The notes under the pieces are model-generated. The model worked only from the letters and a program-made list of their open reading frames with translations. It did not search any database and was not told where the DNA came from. From NCBI GenBank assembly GCA_929200175.1, contig CAKMYR010000001.1, positions 1-48,552 of the forward strand: DNA of 48,552 nt. The letters run 5' to 3'. Positions 1-9,823 of this stretch are shown here, piece by piece. Origin of the DNA: an uncultured Gammaproteobacteria bacterium. Lineage in GTDB: Bacteria > Pseudomonadota > Gammaproteobacteria > PS1 > Pseudothioglobaceae. The translations under genes were made by a program, and so were the position numbers. Position 1 is the first letter of the stretch. Every line of letters starts with the position of its first letter.

Positions 1-925
1 CATGCAAAGCAACTTGAACCGGCAAACGCCCAACTAGCTCTGGAATTAAACCAAATTTAATCAGATCTTCTGGCTCAACAGCATTAAATAATTCTTCGGA
101 TCTTTTATTTTTGTCATATTCTTTTATATCTGCAGCAAACCCTACAGTTTTTTCTTTGATGCGTCTACTTATAATACTATCCAAACCATCAAAAGCTCCA
201 CCAACAATAAACAAAATTTTTGAAGTATCAATATCTATAGTTTTCTGATTAGGATGCTTTCTTCCGCCTTGAGGTTGGACACTGGCTATAGTTCCTTCTA
301 TTATCTTTAACAAAGCCTGTTGAACTCCTTCTCCAGAAACATCGCGAGTAATAGAAGGTGAGTCTGATTTACGAGAAATTTTATCTATTTCGTCAATAAA
401 TATAATGCCATGTTGTGCAATATTTTTATCAAATCCACATTTTGATAATAAATTTTTAATAATATTTTCAACATCATCGCCTACATATCCAGCCTCTGTT
501 AGAGTTGTAGCGTCAGCTATAGCAAAAGGAACACTCAAAATACGAGCTAAAGTTTTTGCTAATAATGTCTTACCAGATCCGGTTGGGCCTATAAATAAAA
601 TATTTGATTTCTCTAATTCAACCCCATCAGCAATATAATTGTTATTAAGACGCTTATAATGATTGTATACTGCTACTGATAAAACTTTTTTTGCACGTTC
701 TTGTCCGATAACATAGTCATCTAAAAATTCTACTAACTGTTTTGGTGTGTAATTCCATCCTTTATATTTAGCAAAATTATCTTTAGAATCTTGATCTAAA
801 ATTAAACCGTGAAAAGATTCAACACATATATTACAAATATAAACTCCGTTACTAGATATAAGACGCTTAGCTTCTAATTTATTTTTACCGCAAAATGAAC
901 AATGTATTTTATCTAATGAATTCAC
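1..925 (-). CDS. clpX: ATP-dependent Clp protease ATP-binding subunit ClpX; N-terminal part only, C-terminus runs off the window start
   Basis: Absent from the ORF track because there is no stop in the window. Reverse-strand translation from GTG at 925-923 gives [40 protein letters not shown], the ClpX C4 zinc-binding N-domain. Walker A GPTGSGKT is encoded in frame at 589-566. The gene follows tig-clpP in the canonical order. Confidence 0.9.
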   Translation of the reverse strand, partial: MNSLDKIHCSFCGKNKLEAKRLISSNGVYICNICVESFHGLILDQDSKDNFAKYKGWNYTPKQLVEFLDDYVIGQERAKKVLSVAVYNHYKRLNNNYIADGVELEKSNILFIGPTGSGKTLLAKTLARILSVPFAIADATTLTEAGYVGDDVENIIKNLLSKCGFDKNIAQHGIIFIDEIDKISRKSDSPSITRDVSGEGVQQALLKIIEGTIASVQPQGGRKHPNQKTIDIDTSKILFIVGGAFDGLDSIISRRIKEKTVGFAADIKEYDKNKRSEELFNAVEPEDLIKFGLIPELVGRLPVQVALH

Positions 926-934
926 TTTAAATCC

Positions 935-1531
935 TTAGCGTTTTTTTAAAACCTTATCAATTAAGCCGTATTTAACTGCTTCAGAAGCAGACATAAAATT
1001 ATCTCTATCTGTATCTTTTTTAAGTGTTTTAACATCTTGTCCTGTATGTAATTTTAAAATAGAATTTAATTTATCTCTTGTCTTTAAAATCTCTTTAGCA
1101 TGAATATCAATATCACTAGCCTGACCAGAAAACCCTCCTAATGGCTGGTGAATCATACATCTTGCGTTAGGTAATGCAAAACGCTTACCCTTAGTGCCAG
1201 CTGTCAATAATAAAGCACCCATACTAGCTGCTTGCCCTATACATAAAGTTGATATATCAGGTTTAACAAATTGCATTGTGTCATAAATTGCCAATCCAGC
1301 CGAAACAGAGCCTCCAACAGTATTAATATATAAATTAATATCTTTTTCTGAATTTTCAGATTCCAAAAATAAAATTTGAGCAACAATAACATTTGCCATG
1401 TAATCTTCAACCTCTCCTACTAAAAAGATAATACGTTCTTTTAAAAGCATTGAATAAATATCGTATGCTCGCTCTCCTTTGGCAGTTTGCTCTACTACAA
1501 TAGGTACTTGATTTAGGTTTTTAGTTATCAT
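935..1531 (-). CDS. clpP: ATP-dependent Clp protease proteolytic subunit ClpP
   Basis: 198 aa. ClpP signatures are [17 protein letters not shown] (catalytic Ser) and MIHQPLGG (catalytic His). Lies between tig and clpX. Confidence 0.95.
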   Translation of the reverse strand: MITKNLNQVPIVVEQTAKGERAYDIYSMLLKERIIFLVGEVEDYMANVIVAQILFLESENSEKDINLYINTVGGSVSAGLAIYDTMQFVKPDISTLCIGQAASMGALLLTAGTKGKRFALPNARCMIHQPLGGFSGQASDIDIHAKEILKTRDKLNSILKLHTGQDVKTLKKDTDRDNFMSASEAVKYGLIDKVLKKR

Positions 1532-2827
1532 TTATCCCTTACCTTGCATTATTTCTTGAAATTTTTTAACATTATAATTCACAACAGCTTTGTCTAAAAT
1601 TAATTTTTCTACCATATCTTCTATTAATAAAGATTCAATATGTGCCATATTAGATGGATTGCTTTTGTAATAATCAATCATTTTTTGTCCATTCTCGCCA
1701 TAAGATTTTGACATTTCTTGTAATTTATCGTCTACTTGTTTTTCATCAACCTTAAGTTTGTTATCTTCAGTAATTTTATTAATTAATAACATTAATTTAA
1801 CACGTTTTTCAGCTTCAATATTAAAATCAGAAGTCTGAAACTTTCTTTTATTATTAGTATCTTTTTTTAAGTTTGCTTGCATTTCTTCTAACATGTTTTG
1901 CGATTCTCTCTCAATGCTTGCCTTAGGAACTTCAAAAACATTATCTTCTAACAAAGCATTAAATACTGATTCTTTGTTTTCATGCAAAACTGCATTATCT
2001 GCTTTTGTTTTAATTTGCTCTTTAATATTTTTATGCAAATCTTCTGTGTTTTTTAACCCTACTTTTTTAGCAAAACTATCATCAATTTTAGGAGTTTTAG
2101 GCATTAAAACCTCTTTAACCTTAACATTAAAAACAACATCTTTATCCATTAAATCTTTGCTATGGTAATTTTTAGGAAATTTAAGATTTAATGTTAAATC
2201 GCTATTTTCTTCTACTGCGGTTAAGCCTTCTTCAAAGCCTTCTATCATTTTATGTTCGCCAATAATTATTTCGAAATCATCAGCATGTCCGCCTTCAAAC
2301 TCATTGCCATCAATAAAACCTTTAAAATCAATAATAACCTTATCTCCTACTTTAGATTTTCTCTTTACTTTTTTATATTCGGTTAATTGTTGTTTTACAT
2401 TCTCAAGCATTGTATTTTCATCTTCTTTACTAACCTTTACCTTGGTTTGCTCAATTTTCAAATTCTCAAAGCTATTTACTTTTATTTCAGGATAAACCTC
2501 AAACTCAACATTATAAAAAAAGTCTTTACCTTCTTCTAAATTAATTTTAGTAACCAAAGGTTGCGCAGCTGGAGATAATTTATGTTTTGCTAAAGCGTCT
2601 TTTAAAGTCTCTTGAATTATTTCATTAGCAGCATCTGCTTTAGCCTTGTTGCCAAACATTTTTCTCGATACCGACAAAGGAATTTTGCCCTGTCTGAATC
2701 CATTAATATTTGCTTTTTTTGCAATATCTCGGATTATTTTATCTGTTTTTTCTGCAAGTACAGCAAAAGGCATTTCAACAGTTATTGATCTTTTTAGCCC
2801 TTCTAATACTTCTATTGAAGTTTTCAT
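1532..2827 (-). CDS. tig: Trigger factor (ribosome-associated peptidyl-prolyl isomerase chaperone)
   Basis: 431 aa. N-terminal GFRQGKIP ribosome-binding motif and a central FKBP-like segment (GDKVIIDFKGFIDGNEFEGG). Directly abuts the clpP start. Confidence 0.93.
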   Translation of the reverse strand: MKTSIEVLEGLKRSITVEMPFAVLAEKTDKIIRDIAKKANINGFRQGKIPLSVSRKMFGNKAKADAANEIIQETLKDALAKHKLSPAAQPLVTKINLEEGKDFFYNVEFEVYPEIKVNSFENLKIEQTKVKVSKEDENTMLENVKQQLTEYKKVKRKSKVGDKVIIDFKGFIDGNEFEGGHADDFEIIIGEHKMIEGFEEGLTAVEENSDLTLNLKFPKNYHSKDLMDKDVVFNVKVKEVLMPKTPKIDDSFAKKVGLKNTEDLHKNIKEQIKTKADNAVLHENKESVFNALLEDNVFEVPKASIERESQNMLEEMQANLKKDTNNKRKFQTSDFNIEAEKRVKLMLLINKITEDNKLKVDEKQVDDKLQEMSKSYGENGQKMIDYYKSNPSNMAHIESLLIEDMVEKLILDKAVVNYNVKKFQEIMQGKG

Positions 2828-2859
2828 AATAAAAAATAAGTGTGATAAAACTCAAAGAA

Positions 2860-3492
2860 TTAATTTAAGCCAGCTATATACTCAGCAACAGCTTGAATTT
2901 CTTCATCAGTTAATGTTTTAGCAACATCAACCATCATGCCTTCATAATCATTTGATCTGCTTAATTCATTAGTTCCTTTTTTTAAATTTATTGAAGTTTG
3001 GCGAAAATATTTTAGCTGTTGAATAGTGTACTTTGCATGCTGAGAATAAAGTGATGGAAATCCTGCAGAAGGAATTCCTTTACCACTAGGTCCATGACAA
3101 GACATGCAAGAAACCATTTCTCCTTTTTTTCCTGCTTTATAAATACTCCTGCCTAAATCAATATTTGCATCTTTTTTGGCAGACCCTTTGCTAATTGTTT
3201 GAGATTCAAAATAAGCAGATAAATTCTCAAGATCTTCATTGTTTAAAGATGAAATAATCCCTAACATAATTGGGCTTGTTCTAGCTTGGGATTTAATATC
3301 TAACAGTTGTTTTAAAGAATATTTTGCATTCTGACCAGCTATTTTTGGAAAAGCATCAACAGGCGAATTGCCGTCTATTCCATGACAAGCTATACAGGCA
3401 ACAGCTTTTTCTTTTCCTTTTTCTATATCTCCTTGGGCTATAACTACATAAGTAGCAATAAATGCAATCAAGAATACAAATAACTTTTTCAT
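2860..3492 (-). CDS. Dihaem cytochrome c4
   Basis: 210 aa with signal peptide MKKLFVFLIAFIATYVVIAQG and two haem-binding motifs, CIACH and CMSCH. Position next to engB matches the cc4 locus of other proteobacteria. Confidence 0.85.
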   Translation of the reverse strand: MKKLFVFLIAFIATYVVIAQGDIEKGKEKAVACIACHGIDGNSPVDAFPKIAGQNAKYSLKQLLDIKSQARTSPIMLGIISSLNNEDLENLSAYFESQTISKGSAKKDANIDLGRSIYKAGKKGEMVSCMSCHGPSGKGIPSAGFPSLYSQHAKYTIQQLKYFRQTSINLKKGTNELSRSNDYEGMMVDVAKTLTDEEIQAVAEYIAGLN

Positions 3493-3569
3493 AGTTAAAA
3501 AATTATACTTAAAAATCTTAAAAGAAATAATGGCTAATTAAAAATGTGTATCTCAACACAAATATTCAA

Positions 3570-3863
3570 CTACTTTTGTGCAGCTAAAAAATCTGCTATT
3601 GCTTGCTCTTTGCCTGCAGTAAGATTAGCCATTGCGCTCATTGTTGGATCTTTACGCGCACCAGATTGAAAATCTTTCAATTGCTTAACAGTATATGCTG
3701 CATTTTGCCCGTTAAGATTTGGATAGATTGGAATAGTTGCCTTCCCAGTTGCTCCATGGCAAGCTGCACAACCTAATGCGGTATAAGTTGCTTTACCGTC
3801 AGCATTTACAACAAAAGAACTAATTAAAAGCGTGAAAGCCACAAATAAAATTTTATTCATCAT
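3570..3863 (-). CDS. Monohaem class I cytochrome c (c5/c551-like)
   Basis: 97 aa with an N-terminal signal peptide, a single CAACH haem motif and a distal Met region PTMSAMA. Confidence 0.8.
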   Translation of the reverse strand: MMNKILFVAFTLLISSFVVNADGKATYTALGCAACHGATGKATIPIYPNLNGQNAAYTVKQLKDFQSGARKDPTMSAMANLTAGKEQAIADFLAAQK

Positions 3864-3931
3864 CCCAATCCTTATATTAAATTAAAATACACTTATAAAT
3901 TAATCAGCCATTATACAGTTTATTTTTTCAT

Positions 3932-4531
3932 ATGCAAAATGTTTATCGCCAAACTAAATTCTTGTTATCTTCACCTGAACTAGAAAAATGTCCAGAAGAT
4001 AAAGGCTATGAAGTAATTTTTATTGGACGTTCTAATTCTGGCAAATCAAGTGTTATTAACACAATTTGTGATAATAAAAAACTAGCTATGGTTTCTAAAA
4101 CACCTGGAAGAACTAGACATTTAGTGTTTTTTTCGATTGATAAAGATCGTCGCCTAGTTGATTTACCCGGCTATGGTTATGCAAAAATTTCAAATGAAAT
4201 TAAAAAAACCTGGAATAAAAATTTAAATCGATACCTTACAAGGCGCAAATGTTTATCTGGTGCTGTATTAATAATTGATTCTAGAAGCCTTATTAAGCCT
4301 TTTGATCAAAATATAATTAACTGGTGTGTTGATGTTAACTTACCAACACAAATACTTTTAACAAAAGCAGACAAACTATCCAAACAAAAACTTAATAAAG
4401 CAAAATTAGAAGTTATAAATGCGACAAGTAAGTACCCAAACATTAATGTACAGTCATTTTCTAGTTTAAAAAAACAAGGATTAACAGAGCTGTATAAGAG
4501 TTTAGACGCTTTTTTTGATTATGTTGATTAA
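3932..4531 (+). CDS. engB: Ribosome biogenesis GTP-binding protein EngB/YihA
   Basis: 199 aa. G1 GRSNSGKSS, G3 DLPGYGY, G4 TKADK. Divergent from the cytochrome c genes, as in other proteobacteria. Confidence 0.9.
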   Translation: MQNVYRQTKFLLSSPELEKCPEDKGYEVIFIGRSNSGKSSVINTICDNKKLAMVSKTPGRTRHLVFFSIDKDRRLVDLPGYGYAKISNEIKKTWNKNLNRYLTRRKCLSGAVLIIDSRSLIKPFDQNIINWCVDVNLPTQILLTKADKLSKQKLNKAKLEVINATSKYPNINVQSFSSLKKQGLTELYKSLDAFFDYVD

Positions 4532-6998
4532 TACTAACTTAAAAGAAATAAAAAGCAATGATCTAATAGTAGCTGCTAGTAATCTACAAATATTAGCATT
4601 TAAAAATACTTGGGCTCAACAAAAACCCAATTGTATGATTCCTAAAATTCTATCTTGGGAGCAATATTTATTACATGCATGGCACAAGATAAATCATAAT
4701 TTAAAGTATCGTTTAATTTCAGAAATCGAATCAAGCGTACTAATTAAAAAATGTATATCTAATTCGGGTCAACCAGCTAAAAAAAATTTATTAGAAGATG
4801 TTATTAAAAATTATAATTATTACTGTAGATATCTTATTGATTACAATCAAATAAAATTCAAAGATGAAAATTTAAAATTATTTATTGGCTGGATTGAATC
4901 TTATAAATTAACCAAGTCAAAACTTAATTTAATAGATATTAATGACTTATCTGGCATTCTAATTAAAAAAAAGGCGTATATAACTAATAAGACCTTCATT
5001 TATGGCTTTACAACTCTAACTCCAGAACAATCAAAGCTATTTGAAGCTATCGAACATAAAACAATTAAATGTAGTCAAACTAATAATAAAATTATAAATA
5101 AAACTTTTGAAACAAATACCAATGAAATACTAGCTGCTGCTAATTGGGCTAAAAAATTAGCTCAGGAAAAACCTAAAAAAAATATTGCTATTATAGTTCC
5201 CAAACTAAAAGAAAATTACAACCAAATTAAAACAATTTTTGATAAAGTATTTAATGACAATCTAAATGAGACCAAAGAAAAGAATTATGGTATATCTTTA
5301 GGATTAAAACTAACAAGCTATCCTTTAATTCAACATTTACTACTTACACTTCAATTAAGCGAGCAATTACAAAATAATAAAATAAATACAACTATATTTA
5401 ATACTGTAGTTACTTCACCATATATTGCCAAAGCTAAAACCGAGCTTTCAGATAGGGCATTATTAGTAAATAAAATTCTATCATTGACTCAAACTAATTT
5501 CAAACTTGAGCAAATTGAAAAATATATAGAAAAAACTCCTTTATTAAAAAAATTAATTAAAAAAGTAGTAGCAAAAAAATTAAATACTAAGAAAAAACAT
5601 GCTGAATGGTTATTAAGTTTTAATGATTGTCTAGAGTTGTGGGGATTTACTACCGATAGAGTTTTGTCAAGCTCTGAATATCAACTGATTAATAAATACC
5701 AAAAGACTAGTTTATGTTTAAATGTTTTGTCGCAATATAATGAAAAGGTAAGTTTTAATCAAGCAATTATTGATTTAACAGAATGGCTGTCTAAAGTGGT
5801 ATTCCAAGCAAATTCTGGAAAACAATCAATACAAATACTTGGGGTAACTAAATACATCCATTTTGATGCAACATGGGTGCTTGGAATGACTGATGATTTT
5901 CTTCCTCCAAAATTTAATTCTCTTAATTTTATTCCTTATGAAATTGCTGCAAAAAATAAAATTACATGTAGTAGTTTTGAACTAATCAAAAAAGATGCTA
6001 ATGAAACTTTAGAATGCTTAGTAAATCTTTCTAAAGAAGTAATTTTTAGTTATGCTAAAAACTGTTTTGATAAACAACAAAAAAGCTCTACTTTAATTCA
6101 ATTTGAAGCCAAAATAGAAAAAATAGAAGATTCGGCACCAATAAAACTAAAATTAGAAACTATAAAAGATGCTAATGCCCCAAAATTAACTCACAAAAAA
6201 ATAAATAACGGCATTAACACCTTAAAAGACCAAATGTCCTGTGCATTTAAAGGTTTTGCTCATCGCTTAAAATTAAATGATTTTTGCCCTCCTTACATAG
6301 GGTTAAATAGGGCAGAGCAAGGAAATATAATTCACAAAATTTTAGAAAAAATATATCAAAATATTAAATCACTAGAAGAATTAAAAAGTTACAAAAAATC
6401 TGAATTAACAACACTTATTGAATCAATTATTAAAGAGCAATTAAAGTTTTACGAAAAATCACGTTTTTTCCAAATAGAAAAACAAAGAATAACCAAAATA
6501 ATTGATAAATTTATAGAGTCGGAAAAAGATCGTGAGGAATTTAAAGTAATTGCTACAGAAAAAAAAGTTACTGTTAATATTAATAATCTCATATTTGATA
6601 CTAAAATTGATCGGATAGACGAAGTACAAGAAAGCTTGATAATTTTTGACTATAAAACTGGCAATATTCCTACAAATCCTTGGAATAGCAATCCTATCAA
6701 AGATCCTCAATTACCTATTTATGTTCTTACTAATCAAGCATCTGGTATTGCTATAATAAAATTATTAACAACTACTGATAATATTGAATATATAGGCTTA
6801 TGTAAAGATGAAAACCTAGTTGTACATGAAAAATCAAAAATAAAAGCCTCTCAAGATTGGAGCTACCAAATTAATATTTGGAAGAAAAATATTAATGAGG
6901 CAATCTTAGACTACCAAAAAGGAGTTGCCGAAGTTTTGCCAACTAGTCAAGCTTGTACTTATTGTAAACTTAATTCGCTATGTCGTATTAAGGAATGA
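4515..6998 (+). CDS. PD-(D/E)XK nuclease family protein, AddB-like, with an inactivated helicase-like N-region and a C-terminal iron-staple RecB-type nuclease domain
   Basis: 827 aa. The C-terminal RecB nuclease motif is DRIDEVQESLIIFDYKTG. Four Cys are arranged as one distal Cys (QMSCAFKGF) plus CTYCKLNSLC (CxxCx5C), as in the AddB/Cas4/Dna2 Fe-S staple. The N-region has IYGFTTLTPEQSKLFEAI. No GK[ST] Walker A is visible. The track start 4515 is TTG; ATG at 4521 is the more likely start. Confidence 0.65.
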   Translation: MIMLINTNLKEIKSNDLIVAASNLQILAFKNTWAQQKPNCMIPKILSWEQYLLHAWHKINHNLKYRLISEIESSVLIKKCISNSGQPAKKNLLEDVIKNYNYYCRYLIDYNQIKFKDENLKLFIGWIESYKLTKSKLNLIDINDLSGILIKKKAYITNKTFIYGFTTLTPEQSKLFEAIEHKTIKCSQTNNKIINKTFETNTNEILAAANWAKKLAQEKPKKNIAIIVPKLKENYNQIKTIFDKVFNDNLNETKEKNYGISLGLKLTSYPLIQHLLLTLQLSEQLQNNKINTTIFNTVVTSPYIAKAKTELSDRALLVNKILSLTQTNFKLEQIEKYIEKTPLLKKLIKKVVAKKLNTKKKHAEWLLSFNDCLELWGFTTDRVLSSSEYQLINKYQKTSLCLNVLSQYNEKVSFNQAIIDLTEWLSKVVFQANSGKQSIQILGVTKYIHFDATWVLGMTDDFLPPKFNSLNFIPYEIAAKNKITCSSFELIKKDANETLECLVNLSKEVIFSYAKNCFDKQQKSSTLIQFEAKIEKIEDSAPIKLKLETIKDANAPKLTHKKINNGINTLKDQMSCAFKGFAHRLKLNDFCPPYIGLNRAEQGNIIHKILEKIYQNIKSLEELKSYKKSELTTLIESIIKEQLKFYEKSRFFQIEKQRITKIIDKFIESEKDREEFKVIATEKKVTVNINNLIFDTKIDRIDEVQESLIIFDYKTGNIPTNPWNSNPIKDPQLPIYVLTNQASGIAIIKLLTTTDNIEYIGLCKDENLVVHEKSKIKASQDWSYQINIWKKNINEAILDYQKGVAEVLPTSQACTYCKLNSLCRIKE

Positions 6999-8045
6999 TT
7001 TAATAATATTCTTTTTTTTAACAGTAATAGCTGTACCAATATCATTAGTTTTTAATTTACTAACATCAATATTTTCAATTAGATTGAATAATTTTATGAT
7101 TTGAGAAGTATCAATTTTTAATAATTTAAATGTAGCTAACAAATCATAAAATCTATTTTTACGTCTAAATGCATCTGTTTTAACAAAAAAATTAAAGATT
7201 GATTCACTATTTTGTTTATCAAAATTATTAGCAAAAATATTATATTTACTTGTTAATAAAGCTAATTCTTTATATTTTTTAGGGCATTTAATAAATTCAC
7301 ATAAAGATTCAATATTATTGCAATCTTCATCTTTAAGCCAAATTGAAAATTTAATATAATTTTTTTTAGTATCAAGATAATCTAAAAACTTAAATTTACT
7401 GGAGCTATTTTTAACAAAAGGAAATACCTTTGCAAAAGCATTACAATTTAATAAAACTGCAAAAAACACTGATGGAGTTTCATAAGATAAAGCTTTATCA
7501 AGTTCTTTAAAAATACGCTCAGGAACAAGCGCATCTACTTCACCAGATATCACCATTTGCTGCATTAATTCATAAGTCTTATGTGCTATTACAAAACCTA
7601 ATTTTTCAAATTTAGCAGCAAATCTAGCTACTCTTAATACTCTTACTGGATCCTCATTAAAAGCCGAAGAAACATGTCGCAAAATACCATTTTTTAAATC
7701 TTTTTTTCCGTCAAAATAGTCAATTATTTGATCGCCTTTTTTGGCCATAGCATTAATCGTTAAGTCTCTCCTAAAAAGATCTTGTTTTAAAGTAATATTG
7801 CTGGAAATATCAAACTCAAAACCTTTATATCCTTTTTTTGTTTTTCTTTCGATTCTAGCTAAAGCATATTCTTCTTTGGTTTTTGGATGCAAAAAAACAG
7901 GAAATTCATTTCCTACTTTTTTATACCCAAGACTTAACATTTCATCAAATGATGAATTAATTACCAGCCAATCTTTTTCAGTATTTTTGTCAGCAATTCC
8001 TAATAAACTATCGCGCACAAATCCACCAACTAAATAAATATCCAT
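6978..8045 (-). CDS. cca: tRNA nucleotidyltransferase (CCA-adding enzyme), short form
   Basis: MDIYLVGGFVRDSLLG, RRDLTINAMA and EDPVRVLRVARF are class II nucleotidyltransferase head motifs. The track ORF extends to a GTG at 8081, which would overlap the divergent mpl start. The ATG at 8045 gives the canonical MxIYLVGG N-terminus. Confidence 0.85.
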   Translation of the reverse strand: MDIYLVGGFVRDSLLGIADKNTEKDWLVINSSFDEMLSLGYKKVGNEFPVFLHPKTKEEYALARIERKTKKGYKGFEFDISSNITLKQDLFRRDLTINAMAKKGDQIIDYFDGKKDLKNGILRHVSSAFNEDPVRVLRVARFAAKFEKLGFVIAHKTYELMQQMVISGEVDALVPERIFKELDKALSYETPSVFFAVLLNCNAFAKVFPFVKNSSSKFKFLDYLDTKKNYIKFSIWLKDEDCNNIESLCEFIKCPKKYKELALLTSKYNIFANNFDKQNSESIFNFFVKTDAFRRKNRFYDLLATFKLLKIDTSQIIKLFNLIENIDVSKLKTNDIGTAITVKKKNIIKSFLNTT

Positions 8046-8069
8046 ATTATTTGTATATAATACACTGTT

Positions 8070-9377
8070 ATGCACATCCACATATTAGGTATAGCTGGTA
8101 CATTTATGGGCTCTATAGCTATTATTGCCAAGCAGGCTGGCTATACTGTTAGCGGCATGGACACTAATATTTATCCACCTATGAGTATTCAGCTCAAAGA
8201 ACAAAATATTGATTATATAGATAATTACAAAGAAAAAAACTTACCTAATGCCGATATTTTTATAATTGGTAACTCTTTGTCTCGCGGCAATGAATGTGTA
8301 GAAAAAATACTTAACAAAAGATATAAATATACTTCTGGCCCGCAATGGCTTTCAGAAAAAATATTAAAAGATAAATGGGTTTTATCAGTAGCTGGCACTC
8401 ACGGCAAGACGACCACAACTAGCATGCTTGCTTGGATATTAGAATATGCTGGTTATAACCCTAGTTTTCTTATAGGAGGTGTAGCTAATAACTTTGGTAT
8501 TTCATCAAGACTAACTAACTCTGACTTTTTTATAATTGAGGCTGATGAATATGACACTGCATTTTTTGACAAGCGCTCAAAATTTATTCATTATAAAAGC
8601 AAAACTTTAATAATTAATAATTTAGAATTTGATCACTGTGATATATTTGACTCTATTTCTGACATTCAAAAACAATTTTGCCATTTAGTTAGAACTATAC
8701 CAAAAAATGGCTTAATTATATACCCACAAAATGATTTAAACATAGAACAAGTAATTGCTAAAGGATTATGGTCTAATTCTAAAAAAACAATAAAAACTAA
8801 TTTAATGCCATCAAAAAATGGCTCTAAATTTAAAATAAAAAATAATACAATTGATTGGAAATTTCTTGGTGAGCATAATATGGAAAATGCGATAGCTTCA
8901 ATACAAGCAGCAAGCCATGTTGGCATAACGACAGAGATATCTTGTAAAGCTTTGAATAAATTTGAAGGCGTTAAAAGACGTTTAGAGATTAAATACCAAA
9001 ACAATTTGATAACTTTATACGATGATTTTGCTCATCACCCAAGCTCTATAAAGAAAACAATTGCTGGATTGCGACAAAAAGTAGGAAAAGAAAATATTTT
9101 TGTTATTATAGAATTAAGATCAAATACTATGAAATCAGGCTTTCATAAAAATAGTCTAGTAGAATCATTAGAGTTAGCTAATAAGACTTTATTACTTCGT
9201 CCAAAAAACATTGATTGGGATATTGATAAATTATTTAAAAAATCTAACTCTGTTAGTTTATTAGATTCTGTAGCTGAAATAGTTGACATGGTTAGCGAAA
9301 TTAAAAAAGGGCATATAATTGTGATGTCAAATGGAGGCTTTGAAAATATTTTGGAAAAAATAAAATTAAAAATTTAA
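8070..9377 (+). CDS. mpl: UDP-N-acetylmuramate:L-alanyl-gamma-D-glutamyl-meso-diaminopimelate ligase (murein peptide ligase)
   Basis: 435 aa. N-terminus MHIHILGIAGTFMGSIA is Mpl-type. Mur-ligase P-loop GTHGKTTTTSM, plus EADEYDTAFFDKRSKF and NLEFDHCDIF. Confidence 0.88.
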   Translation: MHIHILGIAGTFMGSIAIIAKQAGYTVSGMDTNIYPPMSIQLKEQNIDYIDNYKEKNLPNADIFIIGNSLSRGNECVEKILNKRYKYTSGPQWLSEKILKDKWVLSVAGTHGKTTTTSMLAWILEYAGYNPSFLIGGVANNFGISSRLTNSDFFIIEADEYDTAFFDKRSKFIHYKSKTLIINNLEFDHCDIFDSISDIQKQFCHLVRTIPKNGLIIYPQNDLNIEQVIAKGLWSNSKKTIKTNLMPSKNGSKFKIKNNTIDWKFLGEHNMENAIASIQAASHVGITTEISCKALNKFEGVKRRLEIKYQNNLITLYDDFAHHPSSIKKTIAGLRQKVGKENIFVIIELRSNTMKSGFHKNSLVESLELANKTLLLRPKNIDWDIDKLFKKSNSVSLLDSVAEIVDMVSEIKKGHIIVMSNGGFENILEKIKLKI

Positions 9378-9401
9378 TCTTACAAATTCATTCATCTTTA
9401 A

Positions 9402-9425
9402 GACAATTTTTACAAAAAAATTGTC
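9402..9425 (+). terminator. Weak hairpin downstream of mpl (10-bp stem GACAATTTTT/AAAAATTGTC, loop ACAA)
   Basis: Perfect inverted repeat read directly: 9402-9411 pairs with 9416-9425. A T-containing tract (ATTAAATATTTT) follows. The stem is AT-rich, so it is weak. Confidence 0.35.
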
Positions 9426-9750
9426 ATTAAATATTTTGTCAGTCATACAAAAAAATTAGTTAAAAAAAGCTATTAACCCTTAAAATATAAAAGTTTTAAT
9501 CAAATAATGCTCACCTCCAATAATAAAAATTTAATAAAATTTATGCAAATACATATTGAATTTTATATATACTATCGTCAGTGATTAATGAAGACAATAT
9601 TAAAAATCTTAGGTTTTAATACCATTAGCACATAGTTTTATTTAGTTATAGTTGAAAATATTTAATTTAAGTTAACTAAAATTAAGTTAAGATTTCTCAA
9701 AACTAATAAAATTTATATTTATATATTTAATATAATCTGCTGATTATGGA

Positions 9751-9777
9751 TTGACTGGATTATTTTTGTCTTATAAT
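9751..9777 (+). promoter_or_regulatory. Candidate sigma70-type promoter for the gmaS operon
   Basis: TTGACT at 9751-9756 and TATAAT at 9772-9777, about 47 nt upstream of the gmaS ATG. The 15-nt spacer is shorter than optimal, and TATAAT-like strings are common in AT-rich DNA. Confidence 0.3.
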
Positions 9778-9823
9778 TAATGTATCATTTCACTATAGTT
9801 TTTTGGACTTCAAGGAGAAATAA

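Noticed and set aside
405-638. 77-aa + strand ORF in the track, along with similar antisense ORFs at 1893-2168, 7741-8037, 8666-9004, 15060-15446, 18338-18718, 19438-19806, 28818-29297, 37581-37922 and 44806-45318
   Set aside because: Each lies antisense within, or across the edge of, a gene with unambiguous family motifs (clpX, tig, cca, mpl, tdm, tmoW, tmoV, atpD, grpE, smg/topA). Their translations are low-complexity with no recognisable motifs and no RBS. They are shadow ORFs.
8046-8081. GTG-extended start of cca given by the ORF track
   Set aside because: The extension adds 12 residues not seen in Cca N-termini and overlaps the divergent mpl start codon. The ATG at 8045 gives the canonical MxIYLVGG start.
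9378-9823. Riboswitch (for example a glutamine or glycine type) or small peptide gene in the long gmaS leader, including a 25-codon ATG frame at 9507-9584 and a minus-strand GGAGGTGA patch at about 9510-9517
   Set aside because: The region is almost pure A/T with no G/C-rich conserved cores like those of known N-metabolism riboswitches. The 25-codon frame has no SD. The SD-like patch on the minus strand is followed only by a 7-codon frame. This cannot be excluded without covariance-model scans.
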